The notes: generated by a model from the sequence alone, not told the origin. 64,000 nt of DNA from Candidatus Poribacteria bacterium (GCA_963663765.2 CAXXUA010000013.1:128001-192000), one strand, 5' to 3'. Positions 22,131 through 32,053 are shown, counted from the first letter of the stretch. Program-made: numbers and translations.

Positions 22131-23333
22131 TTACAAAAACTTCTGATAAACATCCATAATTCTTTGATAATGAATGTCTGCGTTAAACTCAGTTTCCATT
22201 TTTTTGCGTCCAACTTTTCCCATTTCGGCAGCTTCAACTTTGTTTTCATACATCCACAGCAATTTTTCTCGGAGCGTCTCCGTTCCTGCGGAAGGAACGA
22301 GAAATCCATCTACTCCATCAATAACGAGTTCAGGAATACCACCTATATCAGCTCCAATTACCGATTTACCATAGGCAAAGGATTCTAAAACAGACATAGG
22401 ACAATTTTCATACCATTCTGATGGTAAAACAGTGCAGATACTATTGAGAATCAGTTCTCGGAGTTCATCTCCCTGTTTAAAGCCTAAGAGACGTATATGT
22501 TCACAACCATTTTGCTCTACAAACTGCTGGACTTCTGGCATTGCTTCACCGTCACCAACGATATAGAGCGGCACCTGTTTCAATGGTGCAGCAGCTTCTA
22601 TCAGTGTCAAAATTCCCTTGCTCCGATGCACCCGTCCGAAATAAAGTATGTATTCTCCGTTTGAGAAATTCGGTGTAATCTCAGAAACATCTGCAAAGTT
22701 ATGTACAGTTGATATTTTTTCTTCAGGTATACCGTATTGTATCATCTTTTTCCGAAGAAAATGTGACACAGAAATAAAATGGTCAAACTTATCAACACAT
22801 CCGAGGAAACGGGAAACATAGGACTCCGCAACACTCAGGGTAGTTCGTGCAAAGGAACCTCTATTACACTTTTTCGGAAGAGCTCGCCAGAAGTGTTTAC
22901 CTTCACAGTCTTCACATATCTCATCATTTGACAGATGACTATACACAGGACAGGTTATCTTATATTCGTGTAATGTTTGAATTAGCGGTATACCCGCATT
23001 TTTCAAACTTCCCAAAATGGAAGCAGTTAATTTACCGTAGTAAATATGGAAGTGGGCAATATCTATATTAGTCTTGTTTAATAACTTATGAATTGATTTG
23101 ACCGCATCGCGTGAATACAAAAAACGTAGAAGGTCAATTGGACCTGGTTTGTCAAAATCCGCTGCACGCGGAAAATACTGATCCCATTCTGTCGGTTCAT
23201 TTCGTGGACTTGCTGCGGTGAATGGTATGACGTTATGTCCATGCTTTTGGAGTAACTCACCCATCGTAAAAAAGTATCTGTCTGACCCACCACGCACATA
23301 GTGATTTTGTGAGATATTTAGTATCGTTAGCAT
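22131..23333 (-). CDS. Glycosyltransferase family 4
   Basis: YFGRVHRSKG; PSEWYENCPMSVLE; GGIPEL. Start placed at ATG 23333. Confidence 0.92.
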   Translation of the reverse strand: MLTILNISQNHYVRGGSDRYFFTMGELLQKHGHNVIPFTAASPRNEPTEWDQYFPRAADFDKPGPIDLLRFLYSRDAVKSIHKLLNKTNIDIAHFHIYYGKLTASILGSLKNAGIPLIQTLHEYKITCPVYSHLSNDEICEDCEGKHFWRALPKKCNRGSFARTTLSVAESYVSRFLGCVDKFDHFISVSHFLRKKMIQYGIPEEKISTVHNFADVSEITPNFSNGEYILYFGRVHRSKGILTLIEAAAPLKQVPLYIVGDGEAMPEVQQFVEQNGCEHIRLLGFKQGDELRELILNSICTVLPSEWYENCPMSVLESFAYGKSVIGADIGGIPELVIDGVDGFLVPSAGTETLREKLLWMYENKVEAAEMGKVGRKKMETEFNADIHYQRIMDVYQKFL

Positions 23334-23337
23334 GTAT

Positions 23338-24240
23338 TCACCCCCGTGGTCCTGCTTCTTCAAAACGCGTTTCAGCAATTGGGGTATAAAACACCGTTCC
23401 AATCGGTTTTGTTATTATATCTGTATCAGCAGAATCTAAAACAACCTTTGCTATTTCGTTATCAACGTGTGTTCCCCACCAATTATTTGGTATAGATAGA
23501 TCGAATTTTACATTTAGATTTACCGCGAAATCGTTCTTTTCAAAGTTGTTATACCGAATAATAGATTGTACATTCTCACAAAAAATTCCAAACTCATTAC
23601 TGCTTATATTATTATATTGAATTTGTGGTCGATTTTGTCGTTCTATCGTACTGATACCAATCTCATTTTCAAGAATATCATTATATTGGATTATTGAGTC
23701 ACTTCCATCTAAAGCAATTGCCGTTTCATTATTACGAAGAGTGCAATCTAACACCGCGGGAGAAGTTGTCTTGATGTCAAGCGCGATTTCAGCGTATTCT
23801 ACTACTGCACCCCTCAGGTAACTTGTAGCATCACGCGTAATGTCAAAAAGGATACCCTTCCAATCTCCAGTCTCTGGATTAGCATTATTTGAGGTTAAAT
23901 ACACAGGTTCATCTAATGTTGTTTGTCTCAATGGCGTTCCAACCTTCAGTATTGCCTTGAGTCCAGAAACCTTGATTTGAGCATCACGTGCGAATTTGAC
24001 GATTGTTCCAGGTAATATTTCAAGAGTGACATCACCCGGAATCTCTAATGACCCATGCACAATGTATGTTATATCTGGTTCCCATGTTTCGTCCCCAGTA
24101 AGCTTATAATTCCGTAGAACTCTTTCCGAGTCATTGATAGAACCGTTAATAGCAGAAGTTGAATCTTGACAGCCGCTTACTGCTAAACCGATACCTAAAG
24201 TCGTTATGCAAAAGAATAGTGTTAAACGTTTAATATACAT
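23338..24240 (-). CDS. Lipoprotein with right-handed beta-helix (NosD/pectin-lyase-like) repeats
   Basis: Lipobox LAVSGC; LEILPGTIVKF, GDWKGI, Asn-ladder repeats, NNWWG. Confidence 0.7.
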   Translation of the reverse strand: MYIKRLTLFFCITTLGIGLAVSGCQDSTSAINGSINDSERVLRNYKLTGDETWEPDITYIVHGSLEIPGDVTLEILPGTIVKFARDAQIKVSGLKAILKVGTPLRQTTLDEPVYLTSNNANPETGDWKGILFDITRDATSYLRGAVVEYAEIALDIKTTSPAVLDCTLRNNETAIALDGSDSIIQYNDILENEIGISTIERQNRPQIQYNNISSNEFGIFCENVQSIIRYNNFEKNDFAVNLNVKFDLSIPNNWWGTHVDNEIAKVVLDSADTDIITKPIGTVFYTPIAETRFEEAGPRG

Positions 24241-24335
24241 GTTCTGATTTTGTGGTAGAATTTATATGTTTTCTTCAATTAATGCAATTCTTATCAATTC
24301 AAAACGTGACAAATAGATAAGTTTTCAGATCGCAC

Positions 24336-26897
24336 TTACAACCTTGGATCCACAGTTTCACTTTCAAGTGCTAATATCCCGAAAACACATTCATGAACTT
24401 TGGATATGGGTTCATTGTTCACGAACCGTTCAAGTGCTTCTATGCCTAAAGCAAATTCTCTGATGGCAAGCGAACGTTTATGAGATAATCCTCTATTTCG
24501 CAGACGTTCTAAGTTGTGTTCTAAAGTATATTCCGGTCCGTATATGATACGAAGGTATTCCCTACCCCGACATTTGACTGCGGGTTGGGCAAGTCCACGC
24601 TTCCCTTTTACAATGAAATCTAACGGTTTGATGACAAAACCCTCACCACCTTTTGTGGTAAGTTCTTCCCACTGACGAATAGCAGCAGCTTCGCTATCTT
24701 GATCTGTTAGGTCTACTGTGCCGTAAGCAGTTGAAAATAGGACGTTATTTTCAGAACCTTCACATAGTTTGGCAAGCATCTCCATGTGCCACAAATGTTC
24801 TTTGTCAATAAATACTTTTCCTTCTGCAGCTAAAAGATGGAACGGCGCAAGTTTTAGGTCCGAAATAGACTCTACTTGCCAACAGTAACGTTGATAGGCG
24901 TTGACGTATTCTTTCGCAGCAATAGTTCGTTTCCGATATCCATCCAAAAGTCCATTCAACTGAACACCACGTTTCTCAGCAGTTTCTAATGAACCAACCA
25001 CGTGGTCTATGGCGACACGTGCGGATGTCCCTACCGGTGCGTACTGTTGTCGTAATAGTTCTTGTGCTTTGACGGACCAGGGCATGAGTTCACAATCAAG
25101 ACAGAACCAGTCAGTATTCAAGTCCTCCCAAAAACCTGATTTATCAGCTGCCTTTTTAACTTGTAACAACACTTCATTTTCTAATGCTTCATCGTCGAAA
25201 AAGGGTCTACCAGTGCGTGTGTAACATATTCCAATTCTATCTTCCGATGACCCAAAACGCCTCTTCGCGACTTCGGAGGATTTACATACAATGACGACAG
25301 CACGTGATCCCATGTGTTTCTCTTGCCAAATCACATTGGTGACACCTTGATTGCGATAATACTTAAAACCTTCAGCAGGATGTTCAAGCAAGTTCGGTAT
25401 CGTTGTCGTTTCGGTTGGAGACATTGTCGGCGGCAGATAGATAAGCCATTTTGGATCTATGGCAAAGCGACTCATCACCTCAAGTGCTGCGATAGTGTTC
25501 TCTTCGCGGATCGTTACATTGTGATTTAAACGAGTGCTAATTGTGCGCCTTCCTATTACATCACTAATGTGCAAGATACCTTCATCTTTTTGTATATCTG
25601 AAGATGTTTGTTTATCTTGCAGTGGTTTTGCAGGTTCATAATATGTCTTGCGCGCAGGAACAGAAACAAGTTCTCTTTCAGGATATCGCAACGCAGTCAA
25701 TTTCCCACCATAGACACATCCAGTATCAACATTGATTGTGCGATTTATCCATTGCGGTTCAATCACGGGTGTGTGTCCATAGACAACAGTAGCACCACCA
25801 CGATATTCCTCTGCCCAATTTAGCCGAATTGGCAAACCGAACTCATCCGTTTCTCCTGTGGTTTCGCCATAAAGCGCGAATTCACGCACACGTCCAGACG
25901 CTCTACCTTGTAATTCCTTTTTCATGCCAGCGTGTGCTACAACAAGTTTCTCATTGTCAAAAACATAATGGCTTATCATAGCTTCAATGAATTCTGCAAC
26001 CTGCACCTTAAATTCATCCGACTCGTGTTCCAATTGAGACATTGATTCTGCTAAACCGTGTGTTTGCGTAACATTCTTGCCTCTGAGTGCGCGAGTTAAT
26101 TTTACATCATGATTGCCAGGTACACAAATTCCCACACCAGCCTTATGCATCTCCATCACCAATTTGAGTACTTCTAAAACCTTCGGTCCTCTGTCAACAT
26201 AGTCACCTACAAAAACTACTTTCCTACCTTGTGGATGTTTAACAGCTAATCCACCGTCCGGTAGATCAGATAATTCATAACCGAGTAACGCAAGCAATTC
26301 AACAAGTTCATCATAGCAACCGTGTATATCCCCAATGATGTCAAACGGACCGATATCTTCTGTGCGATTCGTCCATAATGATTGCCGTTCCACTTGCGCT
26401 GCTTCTACCTCTTCTGGTGTAGACATGACATACAAGAAGTTTCGGAATCCTTCGCGCTTAAGAGATCTAAGCGATCTACGCAATTGACTGGTCTGATTTC
26501 GCACGACATGCGATTTGAAGTTTCGGTCAGGACGCACTTCGTTCCTCTCATGACAGAGTTTTGACGGTAAGTTCAACACAATTCCAACAGTCAAATAGTG
26601 ATATTCACGTGCCAGTGCATGTAATGTTTTTCGTGATTCAGCTTGAACGTTTGTCGCATCAATCACCGTTAACTTTCCTGCAGCGAGACGTTTAGCAGCG
26701 ATATAATGTAAGACATCAAACGCTTCTTTCGTTGCAGATTGGTCGTTTTCATCGTCCGATACAAGTCCACGACAGAAATCGGATGAGAGGATTTCTGTAG
26801 GTTTAAAATGCTGATGTGCAAAAGTAGACTTACCAGAACCAGAAGCTCCAATAAGGATAACAAGTGATGGATCAGGAATTCTAATAGTGATACTCAC
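24336..26897 (-). CDS. pnkp: Bacterial polynucleotide kinase-phosphatase-ligase (RNA repair); native start displaced by an IS
   Basis: Kinase GASGSGKST; metallophosphoesterase DIHG/GDYVDRG/GNHD; ligase motif I EKHMGSR, EGFVIKP, KCRGREYLRIIYG, C-terminal DPRL. Confidence 0.96.
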   Translation of the reverse strand: MSITIRIPDPSLVILIGASGSGKSTFAHQHFKPTEILSSDFCRGLVSDDENDQSATKEAFDVLHYIAAKRLAAGKLTVIDATNVQAESRKTLHALAREYHYLTVGIVLNLPSKLCHERNEVRPDRNFKSHVVRNQTSQLRRSLRSLKREGFRNFLYVMSTPEEVEAAQVERQSLWTNRTEDIGPFDIIGDIHGCYDELVELLALLGYELSDLPDGGLAVKHPQGRKVVFVGDYVDRGPKVLEVLKLVMEMHKAGVGICVPGNHDVKLTRALRGKNVTQTHGLAESMSQLEHESDEFKVQVAEFIEAMISHYVFDNEKLVVAHAGMKKELQGRASGRVREFALYGETTGETDEFGLPIRLNWAEEYRGGATVVYGHTPVIEPQWINRTINVDTGCVYGGKLTALRYPERELVSVPARKTYYEPAKPLQDKQTSSDIQKDEGILHISDVIGRRTISTRLNHNVTIREENTIAALEVMSRFAIDPKWLIYLPPTMSPTETTTIPNLLEHPAEGFKYYRNQGVTNVIWQEKHMGSRAVVIVCKSSEVAKRRFGSSEDRIGICYTRTGRPFFDDEALENEVLLQVKKAADKSGFWEDLNTDWFCLDCELMPWSVKAQELLRQQYAPVGTSARVAIDHVVGSLETAEKRGVQLNGLLDGYRKRTIAAKEYVNAYQRYCWQVESISDLKLAPFHLLAAEGKVFIDKEHLWHMEMLAKLCEGSENNVLFSTAYGTVDLTDQDSEAAAIRQWEELTTKGGEGFVIKPLDFIVKGKRGLAQPAVKCRGREYLRIIYGPEYTLEHNLERLRNRGLSHKRSLAIREFALGIEALERFVNNEPISKVHECVFGILALESETVDPRL

Positions 26898-27050
26898 GAC
26901 GACTAAAGTCGTGTGCTTCTTTGAAACACATAACTCTCCTCTGTGTGATTCCTGCTTCCGTCTCTCGTGCCTCTATCCTGAACTGCGTGAGGTCTTATTC
27001 GGACTCCACAAGCGTTTATGCTCTCTGTCTATCCGACAGCGAGGGTTCTT
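26870..27050 (-). ncRNA. Putative TnpB omegaRNA/reRNA scaffold; its guide would be the 5' end of pnkp
   Basis: Lies between the tnpB 3' end and the IS right end, where omegaRNAs are known to be encoded. Boundaries approximate and expression unknown. Confidence 0.5.
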
Positions 27051-27375
27051 AGGTTGATTGCAGCATTTATGTCTCTATCTATTTGATAGTCGCATTGACT
27101 GCAATGATAAGTTCTCTCTGATAGCGTCAAATCATCTTACTTGTGTCTACAACGACTACAAGTTTTGCTTGAAGCATAGAATATCGGTGCTTGTAATACC
27201 ATTTTCATGTGATAATGTCTCATTAGCAGCGGAAATCTGGTAGGAGCGACCTCCCGGTCGCGACCGAGAGGTCGCTCCTACCGAAGAGAGTAACCCCCTG
27301 CCAGTAAACAGTAGAATTCCTTAATGAGACAAGATTTATTTGCATTGGTATAATCTTGTGTGTTTTGTAGGGCAT
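27030..27375 (-). pseudogene. tnpB: tnpB remnant
   Basis: AGGAG plus MPYKTHKI at 27375, then SSKTCSRC..*..LTLSERTYHCSQC...IDRDINAAINL (Zn ribbon and RuvC-III). Middle of the gene is deleted. Confidence 0.85.
27216..27331. repeat. Small IR-bounded insert containing a GTAG-family REP palindrome
   Basis: TGTCTCATTA/TAATGAGACA ends; internal GTAGGAGCGACCTC...GAGGTCGCTCCTAC (27240-27281), with a near-copy at 62198-62240. Confidence 0.7.
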
Positions 27376-27570
27376 ACCTAACTCCTGTAGGGTGCTGACT
27401 TCCATTGTAGTGGTGTGGTAGACGCTACAACATCTACCACTAAGTCAGTCCTATAAGGGATACCATAGAAAACATATAAATGTCAACGTTTTTTGACCCA
27501 AGCATAAATGCTTGGGATTGTCAGTTAATTCCCTTCATTATCTTAAATTAAATCACATATTTAGTCTGTT

Positions 27571-28974
27571 CTAATCATGACTTTCTCGCTTAAACACAGC
27601 CATCTGAGTAGGAGAACCAACAACTTCATCCGTTTCCCCTACAGGATTTAAAGCAACATTATACCCAAACTTTTTGGAAACACCTGATGCCCAAGATTGA
27701 AATTCTTCACGCGTCCATTCAAAACGGTGGTCTCTGTGTCGAAACTTACCTTCAGGTAGATTCTCAAACTTTACGTTATATTCCACATTAGGTGTTGTCA
27801 ACACTACCATTTCAGGAGAAGCAAACTCAAATATAACACGTTCAAAAGCAGCAAGACGCGACACATCCAAATGTTCAATTACCTCTATTACGGCAGCAGC
27901 ATCATAGCCTTCCAAACGTTTGTCTCTATAGCAGAGGGACCCTTGCATTAACTTTAGTCGTTCTTTTTGTTTCTCTGGCATGCGATCATAACGTAGTCGC
28001 TGTTGGGCAATTACCAAAGTTTGATGCGATACATCCATCCCAACAATCTCCTCAAACTGTTTTTCTTTCATCAGTTTTCGCAGCAATTTCCCTTCTCCAC
28101 AGCCTAAATCCAAAACACGTTTTGAACCAGACTGCTTGATCACTTCTGTCGCTTGCGTTAGACGAAGTTCATTCAAACCAATGCGTTGTTCAATTTCCGC
28201 TTCTCCTTGATGCGTTTGTTCTTCCGCTTCTTCTATCGCTTCGTCGCGCAATTGTGTAAGTGCTTCCCGTGTAAGTCTCCGTTGATGTTTCAGATAGCGA
28301 TTGACAATAGTTTCTTGCTCAGGATGTTCGGGAAGCCACTCCTCACCGTGTTTCAATAGTTTCCTAATCTCCGCTTCGTCAACCCAGTAGTGTTTTTCAT
28401 CATCAAGTACAGGAATTAGCACATATAAGTGTGTAAGGAGTTCACACAAACGGCATGTGGACTCAAGCGTAACACTGAAGTAACGGCTATCACCCCAATC
28501 CGGATTTTGTGAATCTAATCCATATCGTTCTGTCTTGACAGTATAACCGAGGGGTTCAAATAATCGTCTAAGGTATTTTTCTCCACCTCGGCAAGGCAAT
28601 GTAGACAATTTAACAGTTAGGGGTATCGGTGTGTCTGCAAGTTCTTGTCGTTCTTTGCTTTTCCCGGATAAACTATTGCGAAAAACCTTTGCAATAGCAA
28701 CACTCATGAATGAGGAAGCAACATAAGGTCGGTCATTGACGTATTCGGCTAATGCAAAACTATCCCTAAATTGTCCACGATTCTTACGCACAAGTCCAAC
28801 GGAATCAATTTCAAGCAGCAAGGCTGCTGTGCATCTATCTGCATGCGCTTCTGGATAAAAAACGTGAGCTTGTCCGTAAGCAAGACTAAAGGTGTGAAGT
28901 CTATCAGGATGCTTGTGTAGCAGAAACCCAAGGTCTGTCGCAGGAGAATAGGTTGTTGTGATTGTTAGAAGCAT
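27571..28974 (-). CDS. hen1: 3'-terminal RNA ribose 2'-O-methyltransferase Hen1
   Basis: N-terminal MLLTITTT..PATDLGFLLHKHP ligase-activating domain; VLDLGCGEG, EVIEH, RHRDHRFEW; adjacent to pnkp. Confidence 0.96.
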   Translation of the reverse strand: MLLTITTTYSPATDLGFLLHKHPDRLHTFSLAYGQAHVFYPEAHADRCTAALLLEIDSVGLVRKNRGQFRDSFALAEYVNDRPYVASSFMSVAIAKVFRNSLSGKSKERQELADTPIPLTVKLSTLPCRGGEKYLRRLFEPLGYTVKTERYGLDSQNPDWGDSRYFSVTLESTCRLCELLTHLYVLIPVLDDEKHYWVDEAEIRKLLKHGEEWLPEHPEQETIVNRYLKHQRRLTREALTQLRDEAIEEAEEQTHQGEAEIEQRIGLNELRLTQATEVIKQSGSKRVLDLGCGEGKLLRKLMKEKQFEEIVGMDVSHQTLVIAQQRLRYDRMPEKQKERLKLMQGSLCYRDKRLEGYDAAAVIEVIEHLDVSRLAAFERVIFEFASPEMVVLTTPNVEYNVKFENLPEGKFRHRDHRFEWTREEFQSWASGVSKKFGYNVALNPVGETDEVVGSPTQMAVFKRESHD

Positions 28975-29011
28975 TTCTTAGATGATATAAATCAGATATT
29001 ATTAGGTTTCA

Positions 29012-29040
29012 ATTATATCTTTTATTACACATATTGTCAA
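29012..29040 (-). promoter_or_regulatory. Consensus sigma70 promoter of hen1-pnkp
   Basis: TTGACA-17 bp-TATAAT on the minus strand, about 38 bp upstream of the hen1 ATG. Confidence 0.8.
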
Positions 29041-30498
29041 GGGTGTGTAAAGTTTTTGGCATGGACATCATGCTGCTTTTGTGTTTGGATACCAATATCT
29101 GTCCCAAGCCTTATTCTTTGACAAACATCTCCACTTTAGCACAGCATTGATGCCCGGTTGCTCCCATCTCATAGCTGCTTGTTTACACCTTTCTCCGACA
29201 ACATGTTTACATGCACTTTCAATCACACCACTTCCAATCATATACCCTTTTTCTCTAAACGCTTTATACTGCATGCGGTTTGCATGTTTTTCAAAATATC
29301 TTGCTTCTCTTTCTAAACTCTCTGACACCTCTGCGTGCTGTGTGGCTAAGGCACGAATGCTTGAGGCAACTTCTGCGATGTTCCCATCATGCAGAAAACA
29401 TTCTGTTTCTTTTATCCACGCTTCAAACAGCTCCGTTTCTGTCTCTTCAAACACAAGTTTCGCAACATCATACAGATGAGACACGGCGTGTGGATAATCC
29501 ACAATCTGAACAGCATTCGGAAAGTATTCTTTACAAAGGTTCCAAATCCACGCAGCACCATCTCCGATAAATACAATCTCTTGTGTATTTATATCTTTTT
29601 GATAGATGCCACTTTGTAGTGCTAACGCATACAACTTTTTACCAAATGCGGCGGCATTTTGACGACCCGCAACATACCGAATACTTTCTGTTCTCACACT
29701 CGGGGTCCCACCCGAAACAGGTTGTGGATAATCTCTGTAAATACACCCACTTTCACCTCTTTCCACCCATCCGGAGAGTTCGTGTGGCACCCATCGCAAC
29801 TCACATACCAACGCTGATTTTCCGCAAGTTCTTGAGCCTCTACTTGTTCACATACATCCAAATCTTCTGCCAACTTACACACACTTTGATGAAGTGTCGT
29901 GTGACTCACTTCTATCCCTTGATGAGACAACTCCTCTGATGCTTCCCTATAGTCAAGCCGCGCAGACAAACGACACATCGCTTCAACGACACGATGCGTG
30001 TATTGATCCGATAACTTCTGTTTGACTTCCCACGGGGCATGCCTATGTCCGTGTTCACAACAATACACCCAACGCCTTGGACTTATTTTGCCACAAAGAG
30101 TTGTTAGATGTTTCGCACGCTTGCGTAATGGACGACAAGGTGCTTGACACTCTGGACATTCAACAGGTTCACTCTCTTTCTTACCTGCCTTTTTAGACAC
30201 ACACACTTCTAAAAACTTTTGTTCAAGAGAACGAAATTCTTCGGAAACACGAACTTCAACATCATCTAAAGATAAACTCTCGTCAGCATCAATGTCTCCA
30301 TAGAGATCGGTTACTTCTTTGACAATCTTTCTAAAATCATCTTCCCAATCATTGCTTTCATGAACACTTAATGATATACTTGACATTGGTATCCTCTCCT
30401 AAAATTGAAATTTATTTATTAGGTTAGGATACCATGTGTATACATTCTGAGCAAGAACTCCATTCAAGGCATTTTCATGCCAAAAACTTTACACACCC
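29041..30498 (-). mobile_element. ISKra4/ISLre2-type (Mutator-like DDE) insertion sequence with frameshifted transposase
   Basis: 23-bp perfect TIR GGGTGTGTAAAGTTTTTGGCATG. ORFs 29694..30386 and 29068..29811 join at WKEVKVG/CIY; motifs GDGAAWIW, DYPHA, IGSGVIESACK. Confidence 0.9.
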
Positions 30499-30598
30499 TT
30501 TGGTTTGGGTATTTTGCTACACACATTTTACAAATTTGACTATATCCAACCTGTGTGGTATATTAAACCTAACAGATACCAAAAAAGAGAGTGAACAA

Positions 30599-32053
30599 AT
30601 GTATACACCCCAATATCCTGGTCCCAACGAAGACCTACTTGAAGCACAAGCAAGAGTATGCACCGGTCCACATCAAACCCGTCCATTAGGCAAGAAAGTC
30701 AACGATGGACCGCAACCTGATGCCGTCCTTGAAACTATTCTAAAATCACTGGATGGAAAGTTAGATGAAAAAGAGATGGTTTCAGAAGCACAGATGGGAG
30801 CATTTTTCGTAGCAATGACGTTACGCAAATACTTCCCAGAAGCAACGCAATGGTCACAAGCCGAGAAAACAGCATTTCAGAAATATCTACCTGCATTATT
30901 ACTGCGTCTACCTAAAGAGATTCAATTCCTTTTGAAACCGGAACTCGGTTATGTTCCGTCAAATCCAACTGAGAATATTGTTGTCAAAGCACTGGAAACG
31001 ATTATATTAGCAAAACATTTGAGCTATGCGGAAACTCGGCAGATGTGTGAAGCTATCCTCACTGATGATGTTAAACCTGCACTCAAAGCTGCAGCACTCA
31101 TCGGTCAACGTATGAACCGAGAAACTTACGAGGAGGTGCGCGGCTATCTTGATGCATATTTCGGTCCTGAACAGGTCAAACCAATTGATGTGAACAGTCT
31201 AACACATTTCGGTCAACCTTACGATGGTGCAACACGCTATTTTCGTCCAACACTTTTTGTCGCAGCAGTGCGAGCAGCTTTGGGAGAACCCTCACTCCTT
31301 CATAGCGTAGATATGATGCCACCGAAGAACGGCGTGACCGAAGAGAATCTCCTACATGCACTCGGTGCAAAAACAGACCTCTCTCTTGAACAGACTGCAT
31401 CCCTCATTACAAACAACTCTGTAGGGTTTGGATATATCAGTCAACGGGAGTATTCACCAGGTGCTTATGGAATTCGCGAATTGCGGGTACATATCAAGAA
31501 ACGTCCCCCATGGGCTGCAACAGAAAAGGCACAACAATTCTTTTCTGCACGCCGCATGAACTACATAGTAATCGGATATTATCATATCGGTTATGAAAAA
31601 CCATTACTTCAAATGGCATTAGAACGTGGGTTTCAGGGAGCGGTCGCAATAAAAGGTGAAGAAGGCACAAGCCATTACGCACTCCGTCTTGGTAAACCCT
31701 CTACCTCGGATAGAATGGCGGTGAACTATTCGCAAGGATTCCGATGTATTAAAGGAAAACGTGAAGACTTTGCTTTGGATATTGATCCAAAAACTTATGG
31801 GATTGAATATAAACTCAACCCACGTCCAGAAACTGTCAGCACAGATGACTTCGCACAAGCAGGTATGAGTGCGTTGGCAGGAGAGAAGGGACATATTTAT
31901 GATAGGATACTGCTCAATACAGCGATGATTGATTATCTGTTAGGAATATGTCCAGACCCGCATTACGCAATAAAGCGCACAAAATCCGTTATGGATGATG
32001 GCAGCGCGTTGGGGCATTTGCAGGCGTATGTCGTAGCAAGTAAAGAAATTTGA
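30599..32053 (+). CDS. Anthranilate phosphoribosyltransferase-like (TrpD2/YbiB-type) protein
   Basis: AQMGAFF, THFGQPYDG, MPPKNG, R.HIKKRPP.AT.EK, KGEEG. Start at ATG 30599 downstream of TTGACT-17-TATATT. Confidence 0.75.
   Translation: MYTPQYPGPNEDLLEAQARVCTGPHQTRPLGKKVNDGPQPDAVLETILKSLDGKLDEKEMVSEAQMGAFFVAMTLRKYFPEATQWSQAEKTAFQKYLPALLLRLPKEIQFLLKPELGYVPSNPTENIVVKALETIILAKHLSYAETRQMCEAILTDDVKPALKAAALIGQRMNRETYEEVRGYLDAYFGPEQVKPIDVNSLTHFGQPYDGATRYFRPTLFVAAVRAALGEPSLLHSVDMMPPKNGVTEENLLHALGAKTDLSLEQTASLITNNSVGFGYISQREYSPGAYGIRELRVHIKKRPPWAATEKAQQFFSARRMNYIVIGYYHIGYEKPLLQMALERGFQGAVAIKGEEGTSHYALRLGKPSTSDRMAVNYSQGFRCIKGKREDFALDIDPKTYGIEYKLNPRPETVSTDDFAQAGMSALAGEKGHIYDRILLNTAMIDYLLGICPDPHYAIKRTKSVMDDGSALGHLQAYVVASKEI

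Larger units (their letters stand above)
26887..27533 (-). mobile_element. Non-autonomous, internally deleted IS200/IS605 (tnpB) element inserted in codon 2 of pnkp
   Basis: Left-end hairpin CCCAAGCAT-TT-ATGCTTGGG after target TGAA; right end GAAG-CACACGACTTTAGTCGT...TCAC; TnpB N- and C-terminal remnants inside. Confidence 0.88.

Noticed and set aside
26887-27533. IStron (group I intron-IS605 fusion) splicing out of the pnkp mRNA
   Set aside because: Only about 160 nt lie between the left end and tnpB, and no group I core was recognised. The hairpin there looks like a tnpB leader
30434-30598. N-terminal extension of the TrpD-like ORF
   Set aside because: It runs through the IS inverted repeat and the promoter; ATG 30599 is more plausible
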